From assembly GCF_009914755.1 (NCBI RefSeq), contig NC_060936.1: 64,000 nt of DNA. One strand, 5' to 3'. The notes under the pieces were generated by a model, which had not been told where the DNA came from, did not search any database, and worked only from the letters and a program-made list of their open reading frames with translations. This stretch comes from the human T2T-CHM13v2.0 reference genome, Homo sapiens. Positions within the stretch are counted from its first letter, which is position 1. Each line of letters starts with the position of its first letter. The position numbers and the translations under genes are program-made. Shown here one piece after another: positions 1 through 16,832 of the stretch.

Positions 1-726
1 AGGAACCAATGTCACTCAACCCAACTGCTTGCCTTGGAAAGGTTTCTTTTAAGCAGCTAATATTTTGTGACTCAGAACCTACCATATTTCAAGGCAGAGC
101 AAAAGCTAAATGTACTATTCTTATAAACTGAAAGTGCTATTATCTAGCACTCCTTGAGTAACCTGGAATAACATTTTCTTATTCATCTCTAGCTTTTAGT
201 GGAAGGAAATAAGGTTATATGCTATATCCCCTGAAGTGGCAGATCACCTTGAGCTGCTAAATCAGGACTTTTAGTTTACAAACCATTTTTCGTAAAATGG
301 ATGACTTAAAAATAACATACATACTCAACTGAGATTGTAGGTTGCCCCAACTTGTGCAAAAGGATTGTTCCCAAAGACAAATAGATCTCATCCTCTTGAT
401 GATGATTAATGGGGCCAACCTCCAGAGAAGAAGAACCGTACTTTCTGGCAGACTTTCAACTCTGATAGCTTTAAAATCTAGTGATTTCTGGTAGGACTCA
501 CTCCCAAACTCCTACCTGTATTTATTTGCCTTTTTATTTTAAACAATATCTGCCTAGACCCGGAATTTGCAAAATCAAAAATCCTGAAAGCTTCATATAA
601 ATGCAAACTCAGTGCCAGTGGAAAGAGAAGGAATATATCCAAAAATTATAAAAAATACATATGGAGATAAGTTTTGATGTGAGACAACATAAGTCATAAG
701 ATTAGGTTTTAAAAACTATCATACAC

Positions 727-863
727 AGCCAGGCTAACGTCTGTAATCCCAGCACTTTGGGTGGCCGAGGCGTTAGGGTTGCTTGAGCCCAGGAGTTGGA
801 ACCAGCCTGGGCAACATAGCGAGATCTTGTCTCTATAAAAAAATAGAAAAGAAAGAAAAAAAG
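727..863 (+). mobile_element. Free left Alu monomer (FLAM/AluJ-like) in MYRFL intron
   Basis: Single Alu arm with gcttgagcccaggag, A-rich tail, and degenerate TSD aaactatcataca / aaaccatcatata. Confidence 0.8.
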
Positions 864-1094
864 AAACCATCATATACTATTTCGATAGCTATCTGAGATT
901 GGGTTTCCTTTTGTAGTAATGAGATGTGAGCTGGCCTATTGGCATCGGTGAGCTTTGTGTGATACAATGCCTATTGTGAACTTTGAATGGATTTCCAAGT
1001 TACGTTCCCATTAGATCCTCCTCTTATCAAGATGTATCCTAGTAGAAGCTGGTAACTGCTTTTTCAGGTGCTCTTTCTTTTCTTTGTCTCTTGA

Positions 1095-1247
<153 letters not shown>

Positions 1248-1523
1248 TGAGAGAGGGATACATTGAGCAAATTGCCAGTGTTTTCCCTCCCTGGCCAACC
1301 CTAGTCACAGGGCTTGGCTCAGCCTCTTCCTTGTGTCCTTATGAAGTTGCCTTCTAAGGCAACTTCTGTTCTGTTGCTAGGACTGTTCTAGCAACACCCA
1401 TCAAAAGCTGTGATCCCAATACTTCTCCTACAGTCATTGAGGAAATGCTTTTTCAGCCTGTACTCTTTCCTACTGACTGTCAAATGCGTGTACGAAATGG
1501 ATCCTCTTTTATTCATTATTTAG

Positions 1524-1646
<123 letters not shown>

Positions 1647-1719
1647 TAAAAAAAAATCACTTTAACCACAGTTAATTTTTACATTAATCTTCCTTTTTTT
1701 TTTTCTCCTTTTCTGACAG

Positions 1720-1806
1720 GATTTAGCTGACTGTTCAACTGATCCTTATTTTGCTGGGATATTCTTCACCGATTACTTCTTTTACTTCTATCGACGCTGT
1801 GCCTAA
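1720..1806 (+). CDS. MYRFL: MYRFL last coding exon (DLADCSTDPYFAGIFFTDYFFYFYRRCA*)
   Basis: Long T/C tract + ACAG| acceptor; 28 codons + TAA (1804-1806). End resembles MYRF ...TDYHFHFYRLCD (recalled). Confidence 0.92.
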   Translation, partial: DLADCSTDPYFAGIFFTDYFFYFYRRCA

Positions 1807-1975
1807 TTTGTTCAAGTTTGGGGACTTTACCAAAGAAAAATACTCAGGAATACATTTAACAGAAACGAACATCCTCTTGCAACTTCTTTTTTCTTCTTTG
1901 TAAAACATTTACGTTTATTGCTGAAGGACTTTTTCAGGCTTTAGCTTCCAACAGTTTTGAGACATTAATGAGGAG

Positions 1976-1981
1976 AATAAA
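1976..1981 (+). terminator. MYRFL: Candidate MYRFL polyadenylation signal (3'UTR ~1807-2000)
   Basis: AATAAA 170 nt after the stop codon, followed by a GU/U-rich stretch (tgtgatgtttgatttt, ~2005-2020). Confidence 0.65.
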
Positions 1982-3044
1982 ATGTTTGCTGAAACTTGAA
2001 ATAATGTGATGTTTGATTTTGCCATGACTATGAAGAAAACATTTCCTGGAGCAAACAGTTCTGTTGAATTTAAAAATACTATTATTTCTGGTATTAAGGA
2101 AGTTGTGAGCTCAAAATAAGGAGATCTAGCCTCTATTTTGTTTTAATGTATTTTAAAGCTTTTGAAAAAACCAAAAGGGCCATGTCGACTTCGGCCCACT
2201 AAACATAGACTGTTGAGAATGTGTGATATGGTATGTGGAGGAGTTGTGGGGGGTGGTATCTGATACTGAGCTCACATTTAGGCAAATTGTCCTGTGTGTG
2301 TGTGTATTGTATAAACACATACACTAGAGTACAGAATGTAGTTTGTTAATCAAATGGATTTAAGAGAAATAATTGCAACTCTGCTTTGCAATGCTTGATG
2401 GACACTAAACTGTGTGGGTAGGGTATGCCCCCTTGTAAAGATGGAAACTCCTATACCCCAGAGCGCAGTGAAATGAATCAAACTAGCCAGTCCTAAGCCT
2501 GCTTACTCTGCCTCACCTGTTCCTTCCCTCAGATTACCACAATTAAGGGTCATGTCTGCAGTTCCTCCTTCTCCCTCTGCCTCCTGACTGTTCCCAGGGC
2601 TTCCCCAGGTGGCTCCCTCTGCCATGCCATGCCCCCTTGTCTTGGGGACTGTGAGTAACAAACTATCATTTGGATGGCAATTATCTCCTCATCTGCTGGT
2701 CTTATACCTCAAATTTTCTATTAATACACTATTTTTTAGAAAATGGAGACCCAAGCCACCATCACTGTAGTTCCAGGTAACAGGGACGCTGAATGGCTGG
2801 CTTTGCCTTATCTCATTGTTGGTCTCTGGGTCAATTAGGATAAGAAATTTGATTTTTTTTAGCGTCACAGAGGTAATCAGCAGCAATAAAACATCCTCTT
2901 CCTTATTTTCAGCTATTATTAAATATGCGCCATATGGATGGAAATTAATTGTGAGACCCCAACAATTATTAAGAAAAGATATGGTTCTTGCTCTCACAGA
3001 AGGCATTTTAAAATAAACATATTAACACAAAGGTTGTTTACCCA

Positions 3045-3327
3045 GTTATTAAGAGCTGAGATTCTGAAGCCAGATGGTCTTAGCTTAGTCTTGAGTTCAA
3101 ATCATGATTTTATCCGTGTATCTTTAGGCAAGTTATCTAATTTCCGTAAGTTGCAATTTCTTCACTTATAGAAGATAGTGAATATTTGCCACAGACAGGA
3201 TTAAATGAGATAATGTATGTAAAGCACAGATGATAGGTTCTAAATAAAGGTGAGGTGTTATTGTTATAGCTCCATAGAACACGTTCTAAATAAATGTGAG
3301 CTGTTATTGTTATATCTTCATAGAACA
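3045..3327 (+). mobile_element. MIR remnant with a 46-bp tandem duplication at its 3' end (3237-3327)
   Basis: MIR core (gagttcaaat...ggcaagttatctaa...ggattaaatgagataatgtatgtaaagcac); gttctaaataaa...catagaac occurs twice. Confidence 0.7.
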
Positions 3328-3420
3328 GAATAATTATAAAGATTACAGTGGGATTATAAAGGGATTGAGTAAATACACATATATCAAGGCATTTTCAACA
3401 ACTATAAAAACTAAATTGTA

Positions 3421-3723
<303 letters not shown>

Positions 3724-3794
3724 CTAAATTGTAGACAGAACCATATATATGTATATCATATAATGTTTATATTTTTTCTTTTAAACTTATTTGT

Positions 3795-4092
3795 ATTGTT
3801 TTTTTTTAGAAACATGGTCTCACTCTGTTTTCCTGGTTGGAGTATAGTGGAGTGATCATATCTCACTGCAGCCTTGAACTCCTAGGCTCAAGAAATCCTT
3901 TTACCTCAGCCCAAGTAGCTAAGATGACAGGTACATGTCACCAATGCCCAGCTAACTTTTTTTTTTTTTTAATAGAGACAGGGCCTCACTATGTTGTACA
4001 GTCTCATCTCAAACTCCTGGTCTCAAGTGATCCCCTCCTTCCTTGGCCTCCCAAAGTGTTGGGATTACAGGCCTGAACCACTGCACTTGGCC
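3795..4092 (-). mobile_element. AluJ
   Basis: Diverged antisense dimeric Alu with J-type gcagccttgaactcct. Confidence 0.88.
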
Positions 4093-4839
4093 CCCTATAT
4101 TTGGAAAATTATTTTCCCTTTTATTAATACTAATAGCATAACTTTTGTAGAAAATGGAATAAAGTAGTTAAATTCTCAGGAGGAGCATTTCAGGATCCCT
4201 CTAGTTTCTTAGATTCAGATTCAAACTTGGTTCTCCTAAGCTGTAGTGTCAGCCTGTCCTAGCATGACTTAGGTCTAGATACTGTAGTTGTAGCACCATT
4301 TAAAAATGGGATCCTAAGTGGTTGATGTGGGAGAGATTCCATTAATTTGACTCTTCTCCTAGTAAAGGAATGTTTGTCAGCTGCAGAATTACAAGTGATC
4401 TTTTTGGCACATAAATCCCACGTTCTTATTTATGCACTTAAGCTTGGGATAATATGGTGGGTTTCAGATATCTAATGTAGTTCAGAAATATTGCCTATAA
4501 AGGGATTTCTATAAAATGAGTGCCATTTTCTCATTAAATTCCATTAAAAGACTGGAAGTATTTTCCTACAGAAAAACTTCTATAGGAAATTGTGTTGAAA
4601 GCCTTCAGAAAGGAAGGATTTAAGATAGTGAATAGATCTATGGCAACCTGTGACATGCTGGGATTAGTTAGGTCTATTGGGAGAACAGACTTTGCTGGAA
4701 GATTCTCTTTGTATTTGCAGTACTTTTCCAGCTGTGAGATATTCACTGTGGACCACACTGCTTCAGGCCACAAGACTTTCCTTTTATGCCAGAGAATTTT
4801 CTACTCTCTACTGGAATATCCTCAAAATCAAGTAAATTA

Positions 4840-5670
<831 letters not shown>

Positions 5671-6097
5671 CTCAGAAAAAGGTTCATAAGAGCTGGGCTG
5701 AAAAATCACATCCTGCTACCAGGTGCCATTTGTAATAACGTAGGGATAAGTTCAAGCATGAAAAATAGGTACTATATTTAACTTCAGGTCATCAAAGTAT
5801 CTTAGTTCCCTGCTTTGACAATTATTTAAGGTCAGATTCTGTATATCAATCTAGTTAGCCCCAAGTATTAGAGAGTATTCTAAGATAATCATATAACATA
5901 AAGAATTAACAATACTTTTTCATGAGTTCTAATAAAGCTTCTCAAACAAGATTTTGAAAGCTCTGTGAAAATTTTTTTAAACGATTGAACCATAAAAATT
6001 CACTTACAACAAATAACTGGAATGTATGTGTTCAACCCTCCAGCATCTAAAAATTTTGAAAACACTTTATAGCGCTCATAACCCATCTCTTTTTCTG

Positions 6098-6332
<235 letters not shown>

Positions 6333-6479
6333 TCTGTTTTTATTTTAATATATTTTTCCTATATAATTTTTGGATTTCAATATTAGTGACAGATTCTTAA
6401 TAATATATTATTTGAATGATGAAACTAAAATCTTCAAAAGAAAAGCAAAAAATAAAATAAAAGCAATCTGTTAACAAAC

Positions 6480-6660
6480 AGTTTACAAGTATTTTCACTG
6501 ATGTCTCATTTGATTTTCACAACACTGTGATGTTGGGAGTGAGGGGAAGTTTTCATGTTTCTCCATTATATAATTAAGGAAACTCAGGCACAGAGAGGTT
6601 AAGCAAGGATAAGAGGTGAGCCGGGTTTTCTGGTGCTAAATTTCATCCCTTTCAACTCCA
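6480..6660 (-). mobile_element. MIR remnant
   Basis: ggaaactcaggcacagagaggttaag is the antisense MIR core. Confidence 0.65.
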
Positions 6661-7116
6661 TTACTTAATTTCCCCTTTGAGATTTGTTTCCTCTCTTCAT
6701 GACTCTTTGGAGTTGTGAGAGACCACCAACTCAGATATTGACCCACTGAAAAGTCACTAACACACCAATGGCTCCGGAAAGTGCTATTTCTTCAGACTTC
6801 TTAAGCAGATAGATTAATTAGAGGCCATTTTGTCAAAATACAGACTAGGTAGAGAACAGAGGGACCTAGATGGGTGGAGTCTCCTATCACCAGCCACTAT
6901 GTTACATCTTCTATTGTGCCAGAGCTTAACAACTCACTTGAGAATGCTAAATATCAACCTCCATTTGAGAAACACTTCAGTAGAATCTTCACTTGGCAAA
7001 ACTAAAAGGGTTTTGGCTTTCATTTCTTTAAGGACATGTGTCACTGATTTTTGTGAGTGATTCTAAACAGCCAGTTGAACTCTTAAGAAGCATTCAAGGA
7101 TTAAGAATCTAGTGAA

Positions 7117-7477
<361 letters not shown>

Positions 7478-8014
7478 TCAGAGACTTCCAATTTACCAAC
7501 AGTGTTGAGTATACTACCCCATCATTTTTGGGGCTGGATTCTGTGAATGGGAAAGTCTTTCTCAGCCCTTAAGATACATAACTGGAGCAGAAATGAGTGC
7601 CAAAGATCACAGTCCCAATCCTTCAACTTCTTTATGGCGCCATACAAATATAAAATGAGATCATTATTTTAGGAAGATTCCTGATAACATGTCTTTGCCA
7701 GAGCTGAGTTCTCAAGACATTTTTAGCTGTACCAGACTGACCCACTGTTTAAATTCAAAAATAACTGGGAAGAGAACTAAACTCAGAGCCAGGAGACTTG
7801 GGCCTAATAATGGCTCAATAACTCGTTATTGGTATTGTTGTGGATAATTCACTTAACTTCTATGAGTTTCACTTTCCCAGTTGCAAAATTGGATTTGTAA
7901 TAGTTTTGACTACTACTAAGGGTTTTTGTGAACACTAAATGAGATATTTACATGAAACCTCTTTGCAAAGTGGAAGATGCTATATGAATACAGAAGTCAT
8001 TAAGAATGGTCCCT

Positions 8015-8366
<352 letters not shown>

Positions 8367-9259
8367 TTAGAAATTCTTATTTTAATGAGTTTCAGTCCAT
8401 GATGCTTAGGGTAAGTTATTTACATTTCTAGCTACTGTCTTCTTCACCTGGAAAACATGTTACTTAGCATATAGTAGATGATCAATTAACATATATTAAG
8501 CAAAAAGTGGGTAATAGAAATATTTTCCTCTTATTTACCAGGGACTATGGCAAGATGATACACTAAAACAGATTTGAATTCCTCTCCCTGTTACTGTGAC
8601 TTTTTTTATTGCTACTATTTAAAACAACAGGATTATTATTATATATTATTATTATTTGGAATAATAGGTTATTGTTCTCTTGCCCAAGCTCATTTAAAAC
8701 ACTTCTAAATGACTTCCCATAGAAACTAGAAAAATCGAATGGCTTATCATTTGTCTGTTAGAGGATTCCAGAACCATGATAGTCAACTACAGCTTATTAT
8801 TCATTATTTATATTTATATTGCTGCATTTAATTCTGTTCAGCGCAACTGCATAAGTATCTAAATTACTTTCAGGTTAATTGTAGAGCATTTAATGAATGT
8901 TTCATATCATATCTAAACATTGAATGCAATATGTCAGCAATTAGGCTGCTGTAGTATTTGCCCTGATGTGAGCTGTAAGATCGTGAGCCTGTCATCGTAT
9001 TCAGTTACCGAGAAATCTTTCCTTTTAAGTGTGGACACGCTTGGTTTTCAGGAGAAGTATCAGGAATTATCTACAGTAGAGAAGCTACTCAAAGTTATGT
9101 AAAAAGAAAAAGGCTCTTAGTCACTTCTTGGAGGTAAAAAACAAAAACCAAACAACCTCCCCCACCCGCCACCACACAGACACACAAAAAAAACTTCAGC
9201 CTAGATGAACCTGCACATATTCCTTCTGCCTCTGAGCTCTGTAATATGGTTTATTCATT

Positions 9260-9372
9260 TTCACTCACTCACTCACTCACTCACTCACTCACTCACTCAC
9301 TCACTCACTCACTCATTAGCTCACTTAACAAACATTTATGGAGGACTTTCGGTGTGCAGACTTTATACAAGG
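9260..9372 (-). mobile_element. L2 3' end with expanded (TCAC)n microsatellite (9261-9314)
   Basis: (TCAC)n followed by aacaaacatttatggag...aggtgctagg, the antisense L2 tail. Confidence 0.7.
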
Positions 9373-10149
9373 TGCTAGGATACAACAGAAGCGTGGCATC
9401 ATTGCTGACCTTTTTGAGGCATCATGGACTAGCCAGGCAGCCACACAGTCAGCCATCACACAATACCAAACTGGAGTTGTGGCATTGACATTGTGCTGGG
9501 AGAGAACAGGAAAGGGGTCATAAATTCTGCCTTTCAGGTAAGTGAGAAAGAGGAAGCAGGAAAGGGAAGACAAGCAGGAAGAGGCATCTGAGCTATCTAG
9601 GTCTAAAAGGATGAGAAGGGTTTTGGGGTTTTTGTTAAACAGAAATAGAGAAAGGTAGATGTTGCATATGAATCAGTTTTTTATAAGAAAGAGTCTGATT
9701 TTAAGTGCACCAGGAACTGCAAAGTAATTCCTACCCTCTCCCATCTTAAGCCAGCTCTTCTGTTAGTTTTACTAACAGGAGAGGCACTCTTATTTCTGAA
9801 AGACACCACTTCCTTTCCTCAGCTCCAAAAGCCAGCCATCTGTCCCAGGAGATTCAAGGAAACTGTGGGAAAAGCAAAACATGTTGGATGGAGCATGGGA
9901 TGACTCAGTGAGCTGGCGATGAGACTGTGGGTGGGGAGGCTGAGCCTGAGGACAATGACTGATTCATCCCCAGGTACTGCTGTCTCTCTGTGCTACCATA
10001 GAGATAAAATTTGTGTAGTGAGCAAGGGCCACAAGTCTTTTGGTCACTCCACCCATTTATAAATAAAAAGTTTTCCTTCCTAAAGAAAGTTTACTTCTAT
10101 TTTTAAGTCTCAGGTGTTCATGGTGGGAAGAGCTGGGAGAATCTAAGTT

Positions 10150-10700
10150 CTCCCTGCATGCCTTTCCCCTTCTTTTGGTAGCAGCACCCTGATTTTTCCT
10201 TTAGTGAACCCTCATGTCGTAGTGCTCAGTCTCTATGAATCAGGTGAGGCTGATACCATCCCATCGCTCCAGAGAAGAACACATGACTCAGGCTTTGGCA
10301 AAGACAACATTTCATTCCCTTGGCTACAGTGATTGCTTTAGGGGTAAGCATATGACCCAGGTTAGGCCAGTCACACTCATCCTTGGGTGTCTGACTGAAA
10401 CCATAAGCAAAGAGGTACTCTCTGTGGACGTTATTAAGCTGGCAAGAATAAGCCTGGAGCTTCTGAGAACCACCTTGCCATCATGGTGGGCAGCCTGCCA
10501 GAGAATGAAGCCAACACAAATGAAAATAGAAGATATGATATGAGAAGGGCAGGTCTTTAACCAGATAAGAAATTTACATTTAAATTCCCATGAAAGTCCC
10601 CCATGGACTTAGCAGTTAGGTGGACTGCACATTTCCATTTCTCTTTAGTTAGGCTGAATTTGGATTTTGCCACATTGCCAAAAGAGCTCTGATGAATACT
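10150..10700 (+). mobile_element. MLT1-type MaLR LTR
   Basis: catatgacccagg...agcctgccagagaatgaagccaaca...ttggattttgccacattgccaaaagagctctga match MLT1 motifs. Confidence 0.65.
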
Positions 10701-13645
10701 GGCTCTTATGAAGACTCTTTCAACACTTTGCAAGCAGGATGCCCAACTGGCTGATTCCAAATGCTGATACCTTATTTATGAGGTTGTTGGTTATCATTCA
10801 GGGTTTGGAAGGTGGCTCTCCTCCATTCCCTAATGGCTTCCCTCCATTTACCTCTCCTCCATTCCCTAATGGCCGCTAAGTCCTAAGTGGATATCAAAGA
10901 CATCTTGTATTTGTATAGTGCTTTCATTTTACAGTTCTACAATTATTTCTCTCTCCTATTTTATTTTTATTTTTGGCAAGGAACAAAAACTCAAAGTAAC
11001 TAACAAACAGTGGGTTTATTATATAAGAATGTAGAAGAATTGCACACCAAATGTAGGACGTGTAGCTGAGCTTCATGAGAACTAAGAGAGTCACTAGAGG
11101 CTAATCTCACCATCTCTCTCTTTAGAAGTCCACATGACATCTGCCTGCTTCTCTCTACAAGCCTGCCTCATTCTTCTTTCTTCAGACCACCTGTTCTGCT
11201 CGCTCATTTGCTTGCAACCATCATGGCCACCCTAAAATGTAGTCTTGGACCCCAAGTCTCCATTAACTTCCAGCTTGGTTCTCCAGGGCTAAATGACTCA
11301 GTATCTCAAGTTTTAAATTCCTATGAAAGAGAATCTGACTGGTTTAACCTTGCTCAGCTATCCATGTGGGGTTTAAGCAGCTGTGGCCAGGGAAATGTAG
11401 TCGGTAAGGCTACCTCTTTCAGGCTAGGGTTGGTGGTGGTGGATAGATTTTGTAAGTAGGGAAGAAAATTATAAGCATTTTCAGTAAAGACAGTGTATCT
11501 CATTTGGTCCTCATATTTCTGAGAGGCAGAAATTATTATTATTCCTATTTTACATAAGATTTAGGATAAGCGGCTTGTTTGAGGCTATACAACTAGGAGG
11601 TGACAACTGTAGGATTTTAAACTCAAGACTTTTCACTTCAGATCGCAAGTGGTTTCCTCAGCGCTATTCTGTCAATGCGAAATTACATGGTCTCACTTTC
11701 TTGAGCATCACAAACATATCCAGTCTTGATTTTTAAGGATTTGTTTTAACAGCACTAACTTATGGTTTTAAATCAAACATAGCAGTGATCCAGAAAGAAA
11801 AGGATGAAGAAGAAAATCTGAACCATAGGTCTTGGATGAAGCCCTGTTATCCATTAATGAAGAAGTGAGCAAGAGTGAAAATCCTGTTGGGAAAATTTCA
11901 AAGGAAAAAGTAGTTGGTTAATGGAAGGCCTGTGCTTGGGGCATGTGTGTGGCTCACTGCTGCTGCAGGGGTTTCAGCGGTAGTTAAGACAGTGGAGATT
12001 CAATTCCTAATTGAAAGGTTTGAGCAGTAAATGCTGCCAATTGAATGATGGATCTCATCATAAAGTATTCTGTCTGGGTCTTCTGTAAATATGGATAGCT
12101 GAATCTCAGATTTATAGTTCATGCTGCCACAAACTCAGACTTTCCTACTCTGTTCCTTACTTCCCATCTTTCACTAGACTTAGACAGAGGAAAGCAAATG
12201 TTTGTTAATACCATTACAAAGTTACATAATTTTTATAATTTTAATTCATACGAATTGCGGAACTCGTCTCTAATGTGACCTACTCTGGAGGACTCATCCC
12301 TTTCCCCCATCCCACCACTCTCAAATCCCACCTTAAATAGTTCTGATGTCCCTGAGGGTCCGTTCTTAGTTGTGATGTGACAGTTGCCATTCTCCTTTTC
12401 TCTTTTGTGGCTCCTTGGGGAATTATCTTTGGTCACTACCATTACCAAACTTAGTGGCTCACACATCAACACTTACCGAAGATGTCACAAAACAGGTGCT
12501 GCTGTTACTGCCATCAGTGTCTGTGCCTTGGCAGCTTTAGCCAAACCAGTGTTGAGGGCTCTCACTGCCACTGGAGGGCTGGGTCTGTGTCAGGCCTCCA
12601 CCTCAAGGTGGGCTGTGCTAAGCCAGTTCTTTGTTGGCAGCCTCCTCTTCCTAGGATTCAGCCTAAATTGACTTAATGCCGCTTGACGTGGAAGTTGGGC
12701 CCTACTGTGTTAAAAATATCTCCCACCCAGAAGCTGCTTTTGTCCTAGAGCCAAGCTACTGGCCTCTACTTGCTTCTCCTGGGATAAGCGTTTTGGTTTT
12801 TCATGTACAAAGTTCCTGGGAACTCACCTCATTTTCAGACATGCTTGAATCATAGTTGAATATAGATTTTAGAACAAAATATAAACAAATACATGTGAAT
12901 ATATGGGACACTTTCTGACAGGTTTTCCAAAGTTATCAAATAGTGTTTTATATAATCCCACCTCTGAGGTAGGGTAAAACTAATTCGTATTGGAAAAGCA
13001 ATGGATCCCAGGACACATATGCTCTACTTTAGCTCCTGTGTTTCTGGGCTTGGAATCCTGGTGATCAGGGTCGTCCCAGGTAATGCTATGTCTTACACCC
13101 GGAGACTTTGTGCTCAGCAGCTAGACTTTCAAGGAGAGAGTGCTACTGTCCTTTTATAGACTCACTTTTTTTTCTTTTGTGACAAGAGCCAAACCAACCA
13201 ACCAGATAAAAAACTTAAAATACCACTATTCTTGAGGAGCACACAAACCCAACTGGAATACTCCGCAGGTGAGACACTCTCCAGCTGAAAGATTTTTCTC
13301 TCCCCTGACACATTTCTGCTCAGAACAGATCTCTGACCTTTGAAGTTTTAGACCAATCTGTGCGCTAATAATTCATTAATGGGTTTTAGTTTTTCATTCA
13401 CATCTTAGTCACAGACTTTCTGGAACAGATTGTTTCTTAAATCAAATTTAGGACATCTACTTAAAGCACTTTTGAAATGCAAAGATTTTTTTTTGTAAAT
13501 AGTGATTTCCAAGTGGAATCATTTTGTTTCTATTATGACACTGACAGGTTATTAAAATCTATACGTTTAGATGTTAGATGGGTAATTTTTGATCAGGGGA
13601 ATGGAAAGTGGAGAAAATAACTGGTGAAAAGAAGGAACAATAATT

Positions 13646-13683
13646 GTGTGTGTGTGTGTGTGTCTGTGTGTGTGTGTGTGTGT
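13646..13683. repeat. (TG)n microsatellite
   Basis: Seen directly, with one interruption. Confidence 0.95.
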
Positions 13684-14007
13684 ATTGTGTCCATGCATGT
13701 AAAATGAAGTTGAGCTAGCCAAAAGTCAAGGAGTTCTTACATTCTATCTATCCAATCCCTAGTGTCTTAACAGGTTCATAATTGTATTAAAAGGACGTTT
13801 TGGCAGTTAGGAAGCTGAGACTGTTCAAGTCTGTGTAAAGGGTATTTGTGAAGCACCTGTGATGTGTCTGTCATAGGAAACAGGGATGTAATCAAATATA
13901 AATTTATAATAAGGCATCCTCTTACTCTGAGTTGCTACTTTTAACTGTTGATCCCAGGCACTCTTAGCCGGAAAGATTAAAATTCACCTCAACTCCACTT
14001 TGGCTGC

Positions 14008-14408
14008 TGATGTGGTTTGGGTGTCCCTGCCCAAATCTCATGTCGAATTATAATTCCCAGTGTTGGAGGTGGGGCCTGGTGGGAGGTGATTGAATCATAG
14101 GAGTGGTGCTTCATGAATGGTTCAGCACCATCCCCTTGGTACCGTACTAGTGACAGAGTTCTCATGAGATCTGGTTATTTAAAAGTGTGTGGCACCACCC
14201 CCTCCCTTCCTCCTGCTCTGGCCATGTAAGATGCCTGTCCCCATTTGCCTGCTGCCATGATTGGATGCTTCCTGAGGCCTTCCCAGAAGCAGAGGCCACT
14301 ATGCTTCTTGTACAGCCTGCAAAATTGTGAGCCCATTAAACCTCTTTTCTTTATAAATTTCCCAGTGTTAAGTATTTCTTTATAGCAATGCAAGAATGGA
14401 CTAATATA
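14008..14408 (+). mobile_element. MST (MSTA/B) MaLR solo LTR
   Basis: Starts tgatgtggtttgg...cccaaatctcatg, ends attaaacctcttttc...gactaatata; 5-bp TSD gctgc/gctgt. Confidence 0.88.
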
Positions 14409-14477
14409 GCTGTTAATTACATTCAGTCTCAAATTTAACAATCTTTCCCGGGGTTGAGACAGTTTTGTATATGTAGA

Positions 14478-14843
14478 TGTGTTAATCGTTCATTCTCACG
14501 CTGCTATAAGGACATACCCGAGACTGGGTAATTTATAAAGGAAAGAGGTTCAATTGACTCACAGTTGCGCATGGCTGGGGAGGCCTCAGGAAACTTACAA
14601 TCATGGCAGAAGGGGAAGCCAAGATGTCCTTTTTCACAAGGTGGCAAGAGAGAGAAGTGCGGAGCAAAGGGGGAAAAGCCCTTTATAAAAACTATCAGAT
14701 CTCATAAGAACTCACGCACTATCCCGAGAACAGCATGAGGGTAACCACCCCCATGATTCAATTAGCCCCCACCGGCTCCCTCTCACCACACGTGGGGATT
14801 ATGGAAACTGCAATTCATGATGAGACACAGCCATACCATATCA
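14478..14843 (-). mobile_element. THE1 MaLR solo LTR
   Basis: ttctcacgctgctataaggacatacccgagactggg...cagccataccatatca; TSD gtaga/gtagg. Confidence 0.9.
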
Positions 14844-14886
14844 GTAGGCTTGCATTTTATTGGTTGTCTTCCCTTGAAAACAATAA

Positions 14887-15341
<455 letters not shown>

Positions 15342-15437
15342 AGCCCATTTCTTTAAATTTGGCCATGATGTATTTCCTTAGCAGAATATGAAAAAAGTCC
15401 AAAATTTCAACACACTACATTTGTTTGGTTCTTTAGA

Positions 15438-15600
15438 ATAGGGCTTCTCAAACGTTAATGTGCACACAATCACCTGGTGATCTTGTGGAAATGCAGACTC
15501 TATTTCAGTGGGTCTGGGGTGGGGCCTGAGAACGTGCCTTTCCAACAAAGTCCTGGATGCTGTTGATGCTGCTGGCATGAGACACACCCTGAGGAGCAAG
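15438..15600. mobile_element. MER5A (hAT-Charlie) DNA transposon fossil
   Basis: ttctcaaac...aatcacctgg...aaatgcagac...ggtctggggtggggcctgaga...gatgctgctgg. Confidence 0.8.
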
Positions 15601-16436
15601 ACTTTCAAGTTTGGCAAGTGTTTTCCTATGTCATCTCACTCAGTCCTCATGACAAGCCTGTGAGGTACCTGACACATCCCCACTTCCAGCAGTAGAGGCA
15701 GGTTCCATGAGGTAAACAGACTTGCTTCGGGTTGCACAGCAGGTATGACTTACTCTCAGACATCTGAATCCGCGTCCTGTGATTTTTCTCCCACACAACT
15801 GTGCCTCCTCTGCGTACATCTTGGCCCATAACGCTTCTCAGGAAGATGCTCCAAATCAGGGTTTTTGTTTTCAGAGAGCTTCTTCATCAGCACACCACTG
15901 CATTTTTTCCCATTCCCCATATCTTGTTAGATGGGTTCTTTTATGTTGCTTGTCAGTATGTTTAGGTGGTGACTGTCATCCAACATTCTTGCTATCCCTC
16001 TCCACTTTATACTATCCACAAGTAGATATAAAATGTCTAGTTTCTCTTATTTGAATTATAAATACAAGCTTTTCATCGATGTTTGAAGGCTCAAGTATTG
16101 ATGGATACACAGAGGACTAATCTCTGGGAAGTAATACAGGCAGTATATATAGAGTCAGAGTAAGAGATTAAACATCTTATTGATAATGAGCAGGTAACAA
16201 AGTGGGAATCATTGTAATAGCATAAGCTGGAAGTTGACAAAAACATACTGGGAAAACACATGGATTCTGGAGTTTTGAATCCTGGTTCTGCCTGACCAAA
16301 TGTGTGATGTGGGGCTAGTTACCCAACCTCTCTGTGCTTTGATTTCCTTGTATGTTAAAAGGAGATAACATGTTTTTTGTGACAATACATTTCATTAATT
16401 CACAACAGTCCCCCACATATATTAAGTGTTCAATAA

Positions 16437-16832
<396 letters not shown>

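Noticed and set aside
12233-12780. Possible processed pseudogene in a unique GC-richer stretch
   Set aside because: No recognisable protein similarity, poly(A) tail or TSD that I can support.
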